A model generated the notes under the pieces. That model worked only from the letters and a program-made list of their open reading frames with translations. It was not told where the DNA came from and did not search any database. The position numbers and the translations under genes are program-made. A stretch of 62,729 bases of DNA, filler included, from Ionaspis alba (Eukaryota): NCBI GenBank assembly GCA_964255285.1. It is 5 parts of 5 records of this genome, joined end to end, with 100 filler letters (N's around TTAATTAATTAA, not from the genome) between each part and the next. Parts side by side here need not be neighbours in the genome. Positions count along the whole stretch, not along the records: positions 50,304 to 62,729 come from CAXUUL010000510.1; 4 more parts are not named here. One strand, written 5' to 3'. Shown here in pieces: positions 62,397 through 62,729 of the stretch; position 1 is the first letter of the stretch; every line of letters begins with the position of its first letter.

Positions 62397-62729
62397 CTGG
62401 TTGGCAAACAGCTTTTGGGCAATCATTGATTTTGAATATTTGGAGGCCGCTTTGTGTTCAGATGTTCCGGCGGATGGTTATTGTGTGGTCAATTGTATAT
62501 GAAGTTTTCGTTTGTCGATTTTTTTGGAGCCTCACGGATGATATATGAGAACAACTTTGGCACCTGCTCACTTTACAAAACCTATTGGAGCATGTGAACT
62601 CCGTCTTCTGCCCGGTAAAGTCCTGGAACAGGGTTGCGGTTAATCTGTCTCCGAATTTGATCTCGAATGTCAGTGTAGTGTCACTACTATCCGATAAGTA
62701 TTGAAATCTCTACAGCCTTCTACTACTAT

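Overview
Intron-containing DNA from a filamentous ascomycete (Pezizomycotina). The window is not one locus. It holds five ~12.5 kb scaffolds of decreasing length (1-12520, 12621-25113, 25214-37671, 37772-50203, 50304-62729), joined by an artificial N44-TTAATTAATTAA-N44 linker, so adjacency across linkers has no biological meaning. Recognisable genes: a trypsin-fold protein with degenerate catalytic motifs, urea transporter DUR3, a 7-exon dynein light chain missed by the ORF track, MRD1, an AbaA-like TEA/ATTS factor, a HEXXH hypothetical protein, eIF2A, a PTH11-like membrane protein, a DUF3659-type repeat protein, an IQ-motif protein, SNF5, capping enzyme CEG1, an Ecl1-like protein, VPS72, an O-methyltransferase fragment with an in-frame TAG, a CYP65-like P450, HSP104 and PUS7. 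Less obvious signals: a box C/D snoRNA (snR64/SNORD74-like) in an MRD1 intron; a second C/D candidate between HSP104 and PUS7; ten same-strand CATTCY sites upstream of the TEA gene; two TA-flanked MITEs whose removal restores an open frame; a possible 76-aa orphan gene beside a 107-bp tandem repeat. I see no clear new multi-gene system. All family calls are from motif recognition, without database searches.
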